From: Clostridia bacterium
GTDB lineage: Bacteria > Bacillota > Clostridia > UMGS1810
Assembly (NCBI GenBank): GCA_045541875.1
Contig: JAZQJX010000099.1
Location: forward strand, 2,684 to 66,683
DNA length: 64,000 nucleotides
Direction: 5' to 3'
Made by a program: the position numbers and the translations under genes. Shown here piece by piece: positions 46,674-56,397 of the stretch. Within the stretch, counting starts at the first letter, position 1. Every line of letters begins with the position of its first letter. Below the pieces are notes generated by a model. The model did no database searches, was not told the origin of the DNA, and saw only the letters and a program-made list of their open reading frames with translations.

Positions 46674-46952
46674 TCACTTTAAAAATTTGTTTACTTTTTT
46701 CAGTATTGAAGGATTATTTTTCAAAAGTTCAAGGAGTTCTCTGTCAGACATTGCACCGAGTTTGTCAGCAAAAACGCCGAGTCCCATAGAACGCATTTTC
46801 GCCATTGCTTTTGATTTGTCTGTGTTTTTGATAATTCTTTCTATATCTTCGTCACCAAGCGAAGATACTTTTGATGTATCATTATTCATATTTTTTAAAA
46901 GTTCTCTGATGATATCATCCGAGTTTTTCATCCATGCATCATCCTTTCTCAT
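46674..46952 (-). CDS. small hypothetical protein (85-92 aa)
   Basis: Charged helical protein. The ATG at 46952 lacks an RBS, while an internal ATG (46931) follows AAAGGA, so the start is uncertain. Confidence 0.45.
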   Translation of the reverse strand: MRKDDAWMKNSDDIIRELLKNMNNDTSKVSSLGDEDIERIIKNTDKSKAMAKMRSMGLGVFADKLGAMSDRELLELLKNNPSILKKVNKFLK

Positions 46953-47205
46953 AGAATTATATGCGTGCTTCAGAAAAAATGTGCATAATAAGACACTTAA
47001 TGAAATGCTTAAAAATAAGGAACTTGACAGAAGAACAGCGCTTGCTATTAATAACCTTGGAAAAAGAATAGGTAAAACAGTTGTGTTTGTTGAGGTATAA
47101 TAAATAAAGCAAATGATTTTGCATAAAATTTAAAATTTGTGTATATATACAGATGCGATTATATTTATTTATCAAATAAATACGTAATTTTGTACAATTT
47201 ACATA

Positions 47206-47234
47206 TTGAAAACATATAATACTTGATGTATAAT
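47206..47234 (+). promoter_or_regulatory. candidate sigma-A promoter of argF
   Basis: TTGAAA (47206-47211), 17-nt spacer, TATAAT (47229-47234). Confidence 0.45.
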
Positions 47235-47242
47235 TATACATC
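47225..47242. promoter_or_regulatory. perfect 18-bp palindrome (ARG-box-like operator) overlapping the -10
   Basis: GATGTATAATTATACATC is its own reverse complement. The TG.AT....AT.CA core fits the ARG-box pattern TNTGAATWWWWATTCANW. Confidence 0.4.
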
Positions 47243-47306
47243 ATATGTATGTAACGAAAATATAAGAACCATATAACCTTAATAATTGAAAGGGGACAAA
47301 TTAATC

Positions 47307-48227
47307 ATGAAACATCTCATTAGTTTAAATGACTGCTCAACAGAAGAGATACATAATCTTTTGAATCTTGCAATTAAATTAAAAAAAGAAAATTATGCAG
47401 GTATAAAACATCACATTCTCAAAGGAAAATCCCTGGGAATGATTTTTACAAAATCTTCAACCCGTACAAGAGTATCCTTTGAAGTCGGAATGTATCAACT
47501 TGGCGGTCAGTCGCTTTTCTTGTCCAGCAATGATATTCAACTTGGCAGAGGCGAAACAATATATGACACTGCAAACGTGCTTTCACGTTATCTTGACGGA
47601 ATAATGATAAGAACATTTGACCATCAGGATGTACTTGATCTTGCGAAATACGGTCAGATAAGCATAATCAACGGTCTTACCGATCTTTTGCACCCCTGTC
47701 AGATTCTTGCTGACCTTCAGACCATATATGAACACAAAGGAAAACTTGAAGGACTTAAACTATGCTATGTTGGTGACGGAAACAACATTTCAAACTCACT
47801 TCTTCATGGATGTACAAAAGTGGGAATGAACATAAGCATTGCATCACCAAAAGGCTATGAGTGTGATGAAGAGTGCATTGAAAATGCTAAAAATACTGCA
47901 AAAAAGACATCTTGCTCCGTTGTTTTAACAGATGATCCTAAGGAAGCCATAAAGAACGCAGATATAGTTGTTACAGACACCTGGGTGAGTATGGGACAGG
48001 AAAGCGAAAAGCAGGAGAGAATTAAGATTTTTGGTTCATACACGGTAGATGACAAACTCTTTGCAATGGCAAAAGATGATGCGATATTTATGCATTGTCT
48101 TCCTGCATACAGAGGATATGAGGTGACAGACTCTGTTATAGATGGACCCAGAAGTGTCATCTTTGATGAAGCAGAAAACAGACTTCATGCTCAAAAGGCA
48201 GTAATGGCAACAGTAATGGCAGATTGA
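47307..48227 (+). CDS. argF: ornithine carbamoyltransferase
   Basis: ATG 47307 follows GAAAGGGGA. STRTRVSFE, HPCQ and HCLPA motifs. Confidence 0.9.
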   Translation: MKHLISLNDCSTEEIHNLLNLAIKLKKENYAGIKHHILKGKSLGMIFTKSSTRTRVSFEVGMYQLGGQSLFLSSNDIQLGRGETIYDTANVLSRYLDGIMIRTFDHQDVLDLAKYGQISIINGLTDLLHPCQILADLQTIYEHKGKLEGLKLCYVGDGNNISNSLLHGCTKVGMNISIASPKGYECDEECIENAKNTAKKTSCSVVLTDDPKEAIKNADIVVTDTWVSMGQESEKQERIKIFGSYTVDDKLFAMAKDDAIFMHCLPAYRGYEVTDSVIDGPRSVIFDEAENRLHAQKAVMATVMAD

Positions 48228-48325
48228 TTTTTAAAAAGAAAAAATAACCGTCTTTGCAAAAATTACAATCACAAATTGTGACTATCTTTTCTAAAAAAAG
48301 AGATAATAAACAAAGGTGATGTGTA

Positions 48326-49519
48326 GTGGAAACTTTTGTTTTCAACAGAAGAAAAATTGCAAAGACGGTTATTGTTATTTTTTTCATTTTACTTTCTCTG
48401 ATGTGTGTTGTGTATGCATTTTTTAGCATAGTAAATCTTGTAAAAATAAAAAATGCATTTGAACTTACATTTTCACAAATGGCAGACGAGTGGTCAGAAG
48501 GATTATCTTGTCTTTCACTTCCCGATATTGAAAAAGGGAATTCTTATTTGCTTGATATTCAATCAGTTTCTGACAAAACAAATAAACTTGTTGCCACATA
48601 TACTCCCGGGGAAAATGGCGGAATCGGCAATTTGAGTTTTGTCAATTCATCAGGTGACAAAGCAAATCTGTATGACATAATCGGACTTGTGGCAGGTTTA
48701 AAAGAAGAAGAGAGCATTACAACATCTGCCATTATGAAAATGAATGATATACCTAGTTATAAAACTTTGGAATGTTTTTCATCAGCAACACAAAATTCGT
48801 CAAATTCTTTTTTACAAAATATTTCATGTGTTTTTGGTGATGATTTATCTATGCCTGAAATCAACAGGAAAAAACTTGGTTATAACGCAGTTCTTTTTCT
48901 TGCAAAATCAGATTTTAAACCCGGAAAAACAATCTATGTATCCAATAAGTCTCAAATTGTAAAAGCAAGAAAGTATTCCGTTGAATTAAAAAAAGAACAT
49001 CTGAAAGATTTTATTGAAAAAGTGACTTCTGATAACAGTGTGGAAAATACGCAGTTGGTTCAATATATAAAAAAATCCTTTTTGGATTTAATAAATGACT
49101 GCCAAAGCGGAGAATTTATAATAAGCGCAGTTTTGCACGGCGGTAAGGTGTTGTCAGTTGAATGTGAAACCCCAAAAATTGATGGCGATTCATATCTTTT
49201 TTATGTTGAAAAAGGAGATGGTGACGGAAAAATACAGTTTAACCTGAAAAATGTTTCAAAAGACAAAGATTTAATGCAACTGACTGCAAAATGTGACGGA
49301 AAAAAAGTTGACATTTCATATGTTAACACCTATCCGAAAGTCACACTAAATGCCAAGTCAGAAGACGATAAAATGAAATTGAATTTTTCCGGAAGAGGCA
49401 GATTGTCTTTGAATCTTATTGCGCAAAAGACAGATTGTTCGTATAATATGAAGTTTTACAAGGATAAACTTTTTATGTATCAGCCATTTTTGGATGTTCG
49501 TATTACAAAAATCAATTAA
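48326..49519 (+). CDS. membrane-anchored hypothetical protein
   Basis: GTG start follows AAAGGTGATG. Single N-terminal TM segment (VIVIFFILLSLMCVVYAFFSIV); no family recognised. Confidence 0.5.
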   Translation: METFVFNRRKIAKTVIVIFFILLSLMCVVYAFFSIVNLVKIKNAFELTFSQMADEWSEGLSCLSLPDIEKGNSYLLDIQSVSDKTNKLVATYTPGENGGIGNLSFVNSSGDKANLYDIIGLVAGLKEEESITTSAIMKMNDIPSYKTLECFSSATQNSSNSFLQNISCVFGDDLSMPEINRKKLGYNAVLFLAKSDFKPGKTIYVSNKSQIVKARKYSVELKKEHLKDFIEKVTSDNSVENTQLVQYIKKSFLDLINDCQSGEFIISAVLHGGKVLSVECETPKIDGDSYLFYVEKGDGDGKIQFNLKNVSKDKDLMQLTAKCDGKKVDISYVNTYPKVTLNAKSEDDKMKLNFSGRGRLSLNLIAQKTDCSYNMKFYKDKLFMYQPFLDVRITKIN

Positions 49520-49572
49520 TTAATCTGTGAAAATATCGATTTAATGATGCTCTTATTTGTATATATTTATGT

Positions 49573-49601
49573 TTGACATAATATGACATCTGTTGTAAAA
49601 T
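49573..49601 (+). promoter_or_regulatory. candidate sigma-A promoter upstream of the MATE gene
   Basis: TTGACA (49573-49578), 17-nt spacer, TAAAAT (49596-49601). Confidence 0.45.
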
Positions 49602-49620
49602 ATTGAAAGATAGTTTTGAT

Positions 49621-49660
49621 GGAGATTGTGAAAATCAAAGTTTTTCGCATCTCCTTTTTG
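49621..49660 (+). terminator. terminator-like hairpin plus T-run between the candidate promoter and the MATE start codon
   Basis: GGAGAT (49621-49626) / ATCTCC (49649-49654) with inner GAAAA/TTTTC pairing, then TTTTT. It could be the terminator of 48326-49519 or a leader attenuator. Confidence 0.45.
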
Positions 49661-49680
49661 TATGAACCAAGGAGGAAAAT

Positions 49681-51042
49681 ATGCAACAGAATGAAAAATC
49701 CCGTATGCTTGGCACAATGAAAATGTCAAGACTTGTTCCTACAGTTGCCGTACCCATAATGATAAGTTTGTTGGTGCAGGCACTTTATAATATTGTCGAC
49801 AGTATTTTTGTCGCAAAATATAGCCAGGATGCATTGACAGCAGTATCTTTGGCATATCCCATACAAATGCTTATGATTGCCGTTTCCACAGGACTTGGCA
49901 CAGGTATCAATGCCGTGACATCAAGGTTTCTTGGCAAAAAGAATTCAGAAGATGCAGTAAAGGCTGCAGGCAACGGTCTCACCCTTATGCTTTCCGGATT
50001 TGTAATTTTTCTGATTTTCGGTCTGTTCTTTTCAGATGATGCCTTCAGGCTTCTCACAAAAGATGAAACTTTAAGAGACCTTGGTGTGGTATATCTTTCG
50101 ACTGTATGCACTTTTAGTTTCGGACTATTTTGTGCAATTCTTTTTGAACGCCTTATGCAATCAACAGGTAACACAATCCTTTCCATGGTGACACAAATTA
50201 CCGGTGCTGTTGTAAATATCATACTCGATCCCATAATGATTTTTGGAATGTTTGGATTCCCCGAAATGGGTATCAGAGGAGCGGCAGTTGCAACTGTTAT
50301 CGGTCAGGTTTCAAGCATGGCTTTGGGATTTTTTATAAATCAGACTAAAAACAAAGAACTCAAACTCAACATCAGAAGTCTTATTCTTAAAAAAGGAATT
50401 GTAAGGGAGATTTTAAGAGTTGGAATTCCAAGTATGATAATGCAGTCAATTTCTTCTGTTATGAATGTGACATTCAATGCAATCTTGATTGTATACGGAA
50501 AGGCGGCTGTAAATATCCTTGGAATTTATTTCAAATTACAGTCATTTGTATTTATGCCGATTTTTGGCCTTAGTAACGGTCTTGTACCAATCATAGGCTA
50601 TAACTACGGTGCAAGGAATAAAGAGAGGATATATTCGGCAATAAAAACGGCTCTTGTATGGGCAATGTCGGTTATGGTTGTGGGAATGACAATATTTTTG
50701 ATTTTCCCAAAAGCACTACTTTCTCTTTTTGAATCGGGAACAGTCAGCGAGATCACAACAGTCGGCTCAATTGCCCTTAGAACCATATGTATTCATTTTC
50801 CGCTTGCTGCAATAGGAATAACATTAAGCACAACTTTTCAGGCAATCGGAAAAGGATTGTACAGCATGATTATGAGCATTTGCAGACAGCTTCTTGTACT
50901 GATTCCCGCTGCGTGGATTCTTTCGAAAATTGGAGGACTTAATGTTATCTGGTGGAGTTTTGTTATTGCAGAAGGCGTGTGCCTTGTGATATGCCTGTTT
51001 ATGTACAATAATGTAAACCGAAGAATTTTTAAACATTTATAA
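49681..51042 (+). CDS. MATE family efflux transporter
   Basis: AAGGAGGA RBS, 12-TM profile, N-terminal LVPTVAVPIMISLLVQALYNIVDSIFV typical of MATE. Confidence 0.9.
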   Translation: MQQNEKSRMLGTMKMSRLVPTVAVPIMISLLVQALYNIVDSIFVAKYSQDALTAVSLAYPIQMLMIAVSTGLGTGINAVTSRFLGKKNSEDAVKAAGNGLTLMLSGFVIFLIFGLFFSDDAFRLLTKDETLRDLGVVYLSTVCTFSFGLFCAILFERLMQSTGNTILSMVTQITGAVVNIILDPIMIFGMFGFPEMGIRGAAVATVIGQVSSMALGFFINQTKNKELKLNIRSLILKKGIVREILRVGIPSMIMQSISSVMNVTFNAILIVYGKAAVNILGIYFKLQSFVFMPIFGLSNGLVPIIGYNYGARNKERIYSAIKTALVWAMSVMVVGMTIFLIFPKALLSLFESGTVSEITTVGSIALRTICIHFPLAAIGITLSTTFQAIGKGLYSMIMSICRQLLVLIPAAWILSKIGGLNVIWWSFVIAEGVCLVICLFMYNNVNRRIFKHL

Positions 51043-51052
51043 AAACAAAATT

Positions 51053-51089
51053 GGACTGTAAATTAATTCAGCAAATTAATTTACAGTCC
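51053..51089. terminator. long hairpin between convergent genes
   Basis: GGACTGTAAATTAATT (51053-51068) pairs with AATTAATTTACAGTCC (51074-51089). The T-run is only on the minus-strand side. Confidence 0.55.
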
Positions 51090-51095
51090 AATGCT

Positions 51096-51866
51096 TTATA
51101 TACTAAAAAATTTTTTCATTATTTCAGTTTCTTCGTTCCCTGTCTCACTCGAAAAAAACTCAACTGTACCATGATTCTCTGATTTGTTAAGTATCCCAAC
51201 TTCTTCAAGTCTTCTTAAGGTTTCTTTCGCTGTTCCAAAAGAACCGTCATAAATTTTAACATCATAATCAAAACTTTCTCTGATTTCATTCTCAATGTGC
51301 GGATAATGAGTGCATCCAAGAACTATTGCCGATATCTTTTCGCTTTCATATGGCTTAAAAAGATTTTTGAGATAGGTTTTGATTTCGTCTTTATCTATGC
51401 AGCCTTTCTCAATTATTTCTGCAAGACCGGGACAGGGCAGGGGAGTTATCTTTGCATTGTTTCCATATTTTGCATTTAATGAAGCAAATTTATCTTTTTT
51501 TAAGGTGACAGGAGTCGCCATAATCAGTATATTTCCGTCGGGATGATTGGACGCTGCAGGTTTTAGAGCAGGCTCAATTCCAACAATCGGTATGTCATAT
51601 TTTTTTCTGAGATAATCTGCCGAAACACTTGTTGCGGTATTGCAGGCAATTACGATTGCCTTTACTCCTTTTGATACGAGAAACTCAAGACATTTTTCGG
51701 AAAGTTCTATTATTTCCTCATCGGTCTTGTCTCCATAAGGAGCATTTTTTGTATCACCGAAATATATATAATTTTCACTTGGCATAAGTCTTGAAAGTTC
51801 TTTTAAAACACTTATTCCTCCAAGACCCGAATCAAACACCCCTATGGGACATTGATCTATGTTCAT
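51096..51866 (-). CDS. murI: glutamate racemase
   Basis: GVFDSGLGG, ACNTA and GCTHYP motifs. Confidence 0.9.
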   Translation of the reverse strand: MNIDQCPIGVFDSGLGGISVLKELSRLMPSENYIYFGDTKNAPYGDKTDEEIIELSEKCLEFLVSKGVKAIVIACNTATSVSADYLRKKYDIPIVGIEPALKPAASNHPDGNILIMATPVTLKKDKFASLNAKYGNNAKITPLPCPGLAEIIEKGCIDKDEIKTYLKNLFKPYESEKISAIVLGCTHYPHIENEIRESFDYDVKIYDGSFGTAKETLRRLEEVGILNKSENHGTVEFFSSETGNEETEIMKKFFSI

Positions 51867-51930
51867 CTATATTCCTCTTTTCATTTCTGAATAAGTTATT
51901 TATCACCCAATTGAGAAATTTATATACTCA

Positions 51931-52797
51931 TCAGAGAATCGCAATTGCGTGATGACATTCAAACTGTCCGCCTTTTTCGAGTTTGTGAATACCTGGCTTT
52001 GCGCTGATATCGGGAATCTGTTCTCCTTTGTAGGGTGCACCGCACCAGGGTTCGATACACACAAACTGAGAATTCTCAACAGACCATACATACAGATTAT
52101 CAAAGTCTGCAAATTCAACCTTGATTTCTTTTCCCGTTTCTTTGTTTAACAGAGTAACATAGTCGCTTTGAGGACTATCAAAAGAAATTGTTACCGAGTC
52201 TTTGAAAAGCTGCGGATGAAGCATCATAACGCTATGGCCGTTTTCTATTTTCATAAATTTTTCGGGAACTTCATCTGTTTCATAAACATAGTAATTATCT
52301 TTTTCTTCTTTTTCAAAGTGGATTTCATAGTTTTCAATGCCTTCAAGACACTCATATCCTTCGTGTGCACCGATTGAAAAATACATATCTCCATCTGAGT
52401 CATTTATAACTTCATAGGAAACATCAAGGGATTTTCCTAAAAGTTTGTATGTAATGATAAGTTCAAAGTCATAGGGGTACATTTCTTTTGTTTCTTCATC
52501 CGATACAAACGAGAATACAGCAAGATCCTCTGTACATTCCATAAGATTAAAATCTTTATTCATAACAAAACCGTGGGGTGTAATGGTGTATGTAACAGAG
52601 TTAATTGAGATTTCGTTATTAATAAGATTGCTGCAAACAGGAAAAAGAATCGGTGCCTGACGGTTCCAGAAAATCATATCTTTCTGATGAAGATATTCTT
52701 TGTCGTTTGCATCTTTTATACTTGTAATTTCTGCACCATATGACGAAATTGTCACAGTCAGAAACTCATTTTTCAAATTTACACTTATGCTGTCCAT
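51931..52797 (-). CDS. aldose 1-epimerase (galactose mutarotase-like) family protein
   Basis: About 290 aa, beta-rich. FPVCSNL..., PHGF and EPWCGAP motifs characteristic of the YihR/LacX-type mutarotase family. Confidence 0.75.
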   Translation of the reverse strand: MDSISVNLKNEFLTVTISSYGAEITSIKDANDKEYLHQKDMIFWNRQAPILFPVCSNLINNEISINSVTYTITPHGFVMNKDFNLMECTEDLAVFSFVSDEETKEMYPYDFELIITYKLLGKSLDVSYEVINDSDGDMYFSIGAHEGYECLEGIENYEIHFEKEEKDNYYVYETDEVPEKFMKIENGHSVMMLHPQLFKDSVTISFDSPQSDYVTLLNKETGKEIKVEFADFDNLYVWSVENSQFVCIEPWCGAPYKGEQIPDISAKPGIHKLEKGGQFECHHAIAIL

Positions 52798-52899
52798 ATT
52801 TTTTCTCCATTCAAAATACTAAACTACATCAATTATAATAAAAAAGATGCCGTATTGTCAATGAATATAAATAAAATTCATCAAAAAAGTTTATAGGAC

Positions 52900-52928
52900 T
52901 TGTAAAAAGGAAAAATTTGTTGTATAAT
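52900..52928 (+). promoter_or_regulatory. candidate sigma-A promoter of pta-ackA
   Basis: TTGTAA (52900-52905), 17-nt spacer, TATAAT (52923-52928). Confidence 0.5.
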
Positions 52929-52986
52929 CATAGGGTATGTTAATCGTTTACGTTATTAAACAATAAATTATGCAGGAGGCAAAAAA

Positions 52987-53988
52987 ATGAGCACATTTTT
53001 AGACACAATCAAAAACCGTGCAAAACAGGACAAAAAGAAAATCGTTCTTCCTGAATCTATGGACAGAAGAACATTTGAAGCGGCAGAAACAGTTCTCAAA
53101 GAGGACATTGCGGACATCATCATCATCGGTACTCCCGAAGAAGTTGCAAAAAATAGTGAGGGTCTTGATATTTCCAAAGCAACAATCATCAATCCTTTCA
53201 CCTATGAAAAAACAGAGGAGTATCTCAACCTTTTTGTTGAACTGAGAAAATCCAAAGGTCTTACATATGAAGAAGCAAAAGCGCAGGCTCTTGGTGATTA
53301 TATGTATTATGCTTGCCTTATGGTAAAAGCAGGAGATGCAGACGGTGTTGTTTCAGGTGCATGTCACTCAACAGCAAACACTCTCCGTCCAAGCCTTCAG
53401 ATAATCAAAACAAAACCAGGTGTTAAACTTGTATCAGCGTTTTTCGTAATGGTAGTTCCCGATTGTGAATATGGTGCAAACGGAACATTCATTTTTGCAG
53501 ATTCAGGTCTTGAGCAAAATCCCGATCCCGAAAAACTTGCTGCAATTGCATCATGCTCTGCAGAATCATTTGAACTTCTTGCCCAGAGCGAAGCAATCGT
53601 TGCAATGCTTTCACACTCAACAAAGGGTAGCGCAAAACACGCTGATGTTGACAAGGTTGTTGAAGCAACACGCATCTGCAAAGAAAACAATCCCGGTCTC
53701 AAAGTTGACGGTGAACTTCAACTTGATGCCGCAATTGTTCCCGATGTAGGTTCTTCAAAAGCACCCGATTCTGATGTTGCAGGAAAAGCAAATGTTCTTG
53801 TGTTCCCTGACCTTGATGCAGGAAACATCGGATATAAACTTGTTCAGAGACTTGCAAAAGCAGAAGCATACGGACCTATCACACAGGGTATTGCAATGCC
53901 GATCAATGACCTTTCAAGAGGATGTTCTGCTGAAGACATTGTTGGTGTTGTGGCAATCACTTGTGTACAGGCTCAGGCAAATAACTGA
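52987..53988 (+). CDS. pta: phosphate acetyltransferase
   Basis: The IVLPE...D.R motif at the N-terminus, SGACHSTANTLRP, and 333 aa (short Pta form). Confidence 0.95.
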   Translation: MSTFLDTIKNRAKQDKKKIVLPESMDRRTFEAAETVLKEDIADIIIIGTPEEVAKNSEGLDISKATIINPFTYEKTEEYLNLFVELRKSKGLTYEEAKAQALGDYMYYACLMVKAGDADGVVSGACHSTANTLRPSLQIIKTKPGVKLVSAFFVMVVPDCEYGANGTFIFADSGLEQNPDPEKLAAIASCSAESFELLAQSEAIVAMLSHSTKGSAKHADVDKVVEATRICKENNPGLKVDGELQLDAAIVPDVGSSKAPDSDVAGKANVLVFPDLDAGNIGYKLVQRLAKAEAYGPITQGIAMPINDLSRGCSAEDIVGVVAITCVQAQANN

Positions 53989-54022
53989 TAATATTTTATA
54001 ATTTGAAAAGGCGGTTGTAATT

Positions 54023-55219
54023 ATGAATATTTTAGTAATCAATGCAGGAAGTTCTTCTCTCAAATATCAGTTCATTAAAATTGAAGAAGAAAAAGTTCTT
54101 GCAAAAGGTCTTTGTGAAAGAATCGGAATTGAAGGTTCAAAACTCACTCTCAAAGTTCCCGGCAAAGATGACTATGTTGTTGAAAAACATATGGACGATC
54201 ATTCGGTTGCCATTTCAATGGTAATTGACGCTCTCACAGACAAAGAACACGGTGTAATTTCCGATATGAAAGAAATTGATGCAGTTGGACACAGAGTGGT
54301 ACACGGCGGAGAAATTTTTGCTTGCTCTGTTGTTATTGATGATAAAGTTAAAGAGGCTCTTGAAGTTTGCTCTGAACTTGCTCCTCTTCATAACCCTGCA
54401 AACATCATCGGCATAGAGGCTTGCGAAAAGGCTATGCCCGGTGTTCCTCAGGTTGGCGTGTTCGACACAGCATTCCATCAGACAATGCCTCAAAAAGCAT
54501 ATATGTATGCACTTCCTTATGAACTCTATACAAAGCATAAAATAAGAAGATACGGTTTCCATGGAACAAGTCACAGATTCGTATCTGAAAGAGCGGCTCA
54601 TATGCTTGGAAAACCCATCGAGGAACTTAAAATAATCACTTGTCACCTTGGCAACGGTTCATCAATTGCTGCAGTTGACTGTGGTAAATCTGTTGACACA
54701 AGTATGGGATTCACACCTCTTGCAGGTGTTCCGATGGGAACACGTTCAGGTGACATTGACCCCGCAATCGTGACATTCCTTATGGAAAAAGAAAATCTTA
54801 GTGCAAAACAGGTTAATGACCTTATGAATAAGGAATCAGGTGTGTTTGGAATTTCTGAACTCAGTTCAGATTTCAGAGACCTTGAAGGTTCAAAGGATAC
54901 AAATGAAAAATCAGCCCTTGCTCTGGAAATGTTTGCATATGGCGTAACAAAATATATTGGTGCATATGCTGCTGCAATGGGCGGCGTTGATGCAATCGTA
55001 TTCACAGCGGGCGTTGGTGAAAACACAGCACTTACAAGAGGTCAGATTGTTGAAAAACTCGGATTTATGGGTGTTAAAATCGATGCTGAAGCAAACAAAT
55101 GCAGAGGAAAGGAAATGGATATTTCCGCACCTGATGCAACTGTTAAAACATTGGTTATTCCCACAAATGAAGAACTTATGATTGCAAAAGATACTGCAAG
55201 ACTTGTTAAAGAAATGTAA
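54023..55219 (+). CDS. ackA: acetate kinase
   Basis: [32 protein letters not shown] and GFHGTSH motifs. Confidence 0.95.
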   Translation: MNILVINAGSSSLKYQFIKIEEEKVLAKGLCERIGIEGSKLTLKVPGKDDYVVEKHMDDHSVAISMVIDALTDKEHGVISDMKEIDAVGHRVVHGGEIFACSVVIDDKVKEALEVCSELAPLHNPANIIGIEACEKAMPGVPQVGVFDTAFHQTMPQKAYMYALPYELYTKHKIRRYGFHGTSHRFVSERAAHMLGKPIEELKIITCHLGNGSSIAAVDCGKSVDTSMGFTPLAGVPMGTRSGDIDPAIVTFLMEKENLSAKQVNDLMNKESGVFGISELSSDFRDLEGSKDTNEKSALALEMFAYGVTKYIGAYAAAMGGVDAIVFTAGVGENTALTRGQIVEKLGFMGVKIDAEANKCRGKEMDISAPDATVKTLVIPTNEELMIAKDTARLVKEM

Positions 55220-55227
55220 CCAAAAAC

Positions 55228-55262
55228 GGAGTGTAAATATTAATGTTTACACTCCATTTTTA
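55228..55262 (+). terminator. intrinsic terminator of pta-ackA
   Basis: GGAGTGTAAA (55228-55237) pairs with TTTACACTCC (55246-55255), followed by ATTTTT. Confidence 0.75.
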
Positions 55263-55337
55263 TAATACATCGAAAGTTTATAAGTTGTTGCGTAAAACAC
55301 AAACTTAAAATGATTTCAAATCTAAGGGGTTATATCA

Positions 55338-56318
55338 ATGCCAAAATCATCAAATCAAAAACTAAAACTTTTGTATCTTCTTAAAATGTTTTTGGAAGAA
55401 ACTGATGAAAACAACAGCCTTACAATGTCCGAAATAATACTCAAATTAAAGGAACTTGGCATAAATGCTGAACGAAAGAGTCTTTATGACGATTTTGAAC
55501 AACTTAACGTCTTTGGACTCGACATTTGCAAAACATCCGAAAAGGTTCCAGGCTACTATAATCTTGCAACGCAGTTTGAACTTCCTGAACTGAAACTTTT
55601 AATAGATGCAGTACAGTCTTCAAAATTTGTGACAGAAAAAAAGAGTCTTGAACTTATTTCAAAAATTGAAAAACTCACAAGCCGTCACAATGCCGGAAAA
55701 CTCAGACGTCAGGTGTATATTGCCAACAGAGTGAAAACCCGCAATGAAAAAGTTTTCTATAATGTTGATAAAATATATGACGCCATAGGTGAAAACAAAA
55801 GAATCAGTTTCAAATATTTCAACTACACCATAGAAAAAGAAAAACTATACAGAAAAGATGGGAGAGAATATGAGGAATCTCCCGTGACACTTATGTGGGA
55901 TGATGAGAATTACTATCTTGTTGCATATAACAGCAAACATTCAAACTATGTTCACTATCGTGTTGACCGTATGGAAAATATTGAGATTCTTGCAGATGAA
56001 AGATGCATTCCGGATAAGTCTTTTGATACGGCGCATTATGCGAAGAAAGTTTTTTCAATGTTTTCAGGAGAAGAAACTCTTGTCACAATGCGTTTTGAAA
56101 ATTCTCTAATAAACGTTGCCTTTGACCGATTCGGAATGGATGTAACACCCTTTAAAGACGGAGATAATCACTTCATAATAAAAACAGGAGTGTCGGTTAG
56201 TCAGCAGTTTTTCGGATGGATAGCATCCCTTGGCGCAAGAGCAGAAATAGTTTCTCCTAAAAATGTCAGAGAAGATTTTGTTTCAATGATGAATGATGTT
56301 TTAAAAATACATAAATAG
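55338..56318 (+). CDS. WYL-domain transcriptional regulator (wHTH-WYL-WCX architecture)
   Basis: N-terminal wHTH (LKLLYLLKMFLEETDENNSLTMSEI); central WYL core (ENYYLVAYNSKHSNYVHYRVDRMENIEIL). Confidence 0.75.
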   Translation: MPKSSNQKLKLLYLLKMFLEETDENNSLTMSEIILKLKELGINAERKSLYDDFEQLNVFGLDICKTSEKVPGYYNLATQFELPELKLLIDAVQSSKFVTEKKSLELISKIEKLTSRHNAGKLRRQVYIANRVKTRNEKVFYNVDKIYDAIGENKRISFKYFNYTIEKEKLYRKDGREYEESPVTLMWDDENYYLVAYNSKHSNYVHYRVDRMENIEILADERCIPDKSFDTAHYAKKVFSMFSGEETLVTMRFENSLINVAFDRFGMDVTPFKDGDNHFIIKTGVSVSQQFFGWIASLGARAEIVSPKNVREDFVSMMNDVLKIHK

Positions 56319-56397
56319 AATTAATTTTAGCCAAGTCTTAACCGGAATTATGTTATAATACACTTGTGTGCAAATTATTTTTAAAGCGGAGGGCAGA

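Noticed and set aside
46516-47100. A 194-aa plus-strand ORF covering the small-protein operon region.
   Set aside because: It is antisense to three ORFs that have proper RBSs and natural composition. Its product is Ser/Phe/Ile-rich and low-complexity, it has no RBS, and it runs into the divergent promoter region.
52938-52952. TGTTAATCGTTTACG downstream of the pta promoter considered as a CcpA cre site.
   Set aside because: It only fits the cre consensus (TGNAANCGNWNNCA) if one base is deleted. As written, the TG and CG cores are out of register.
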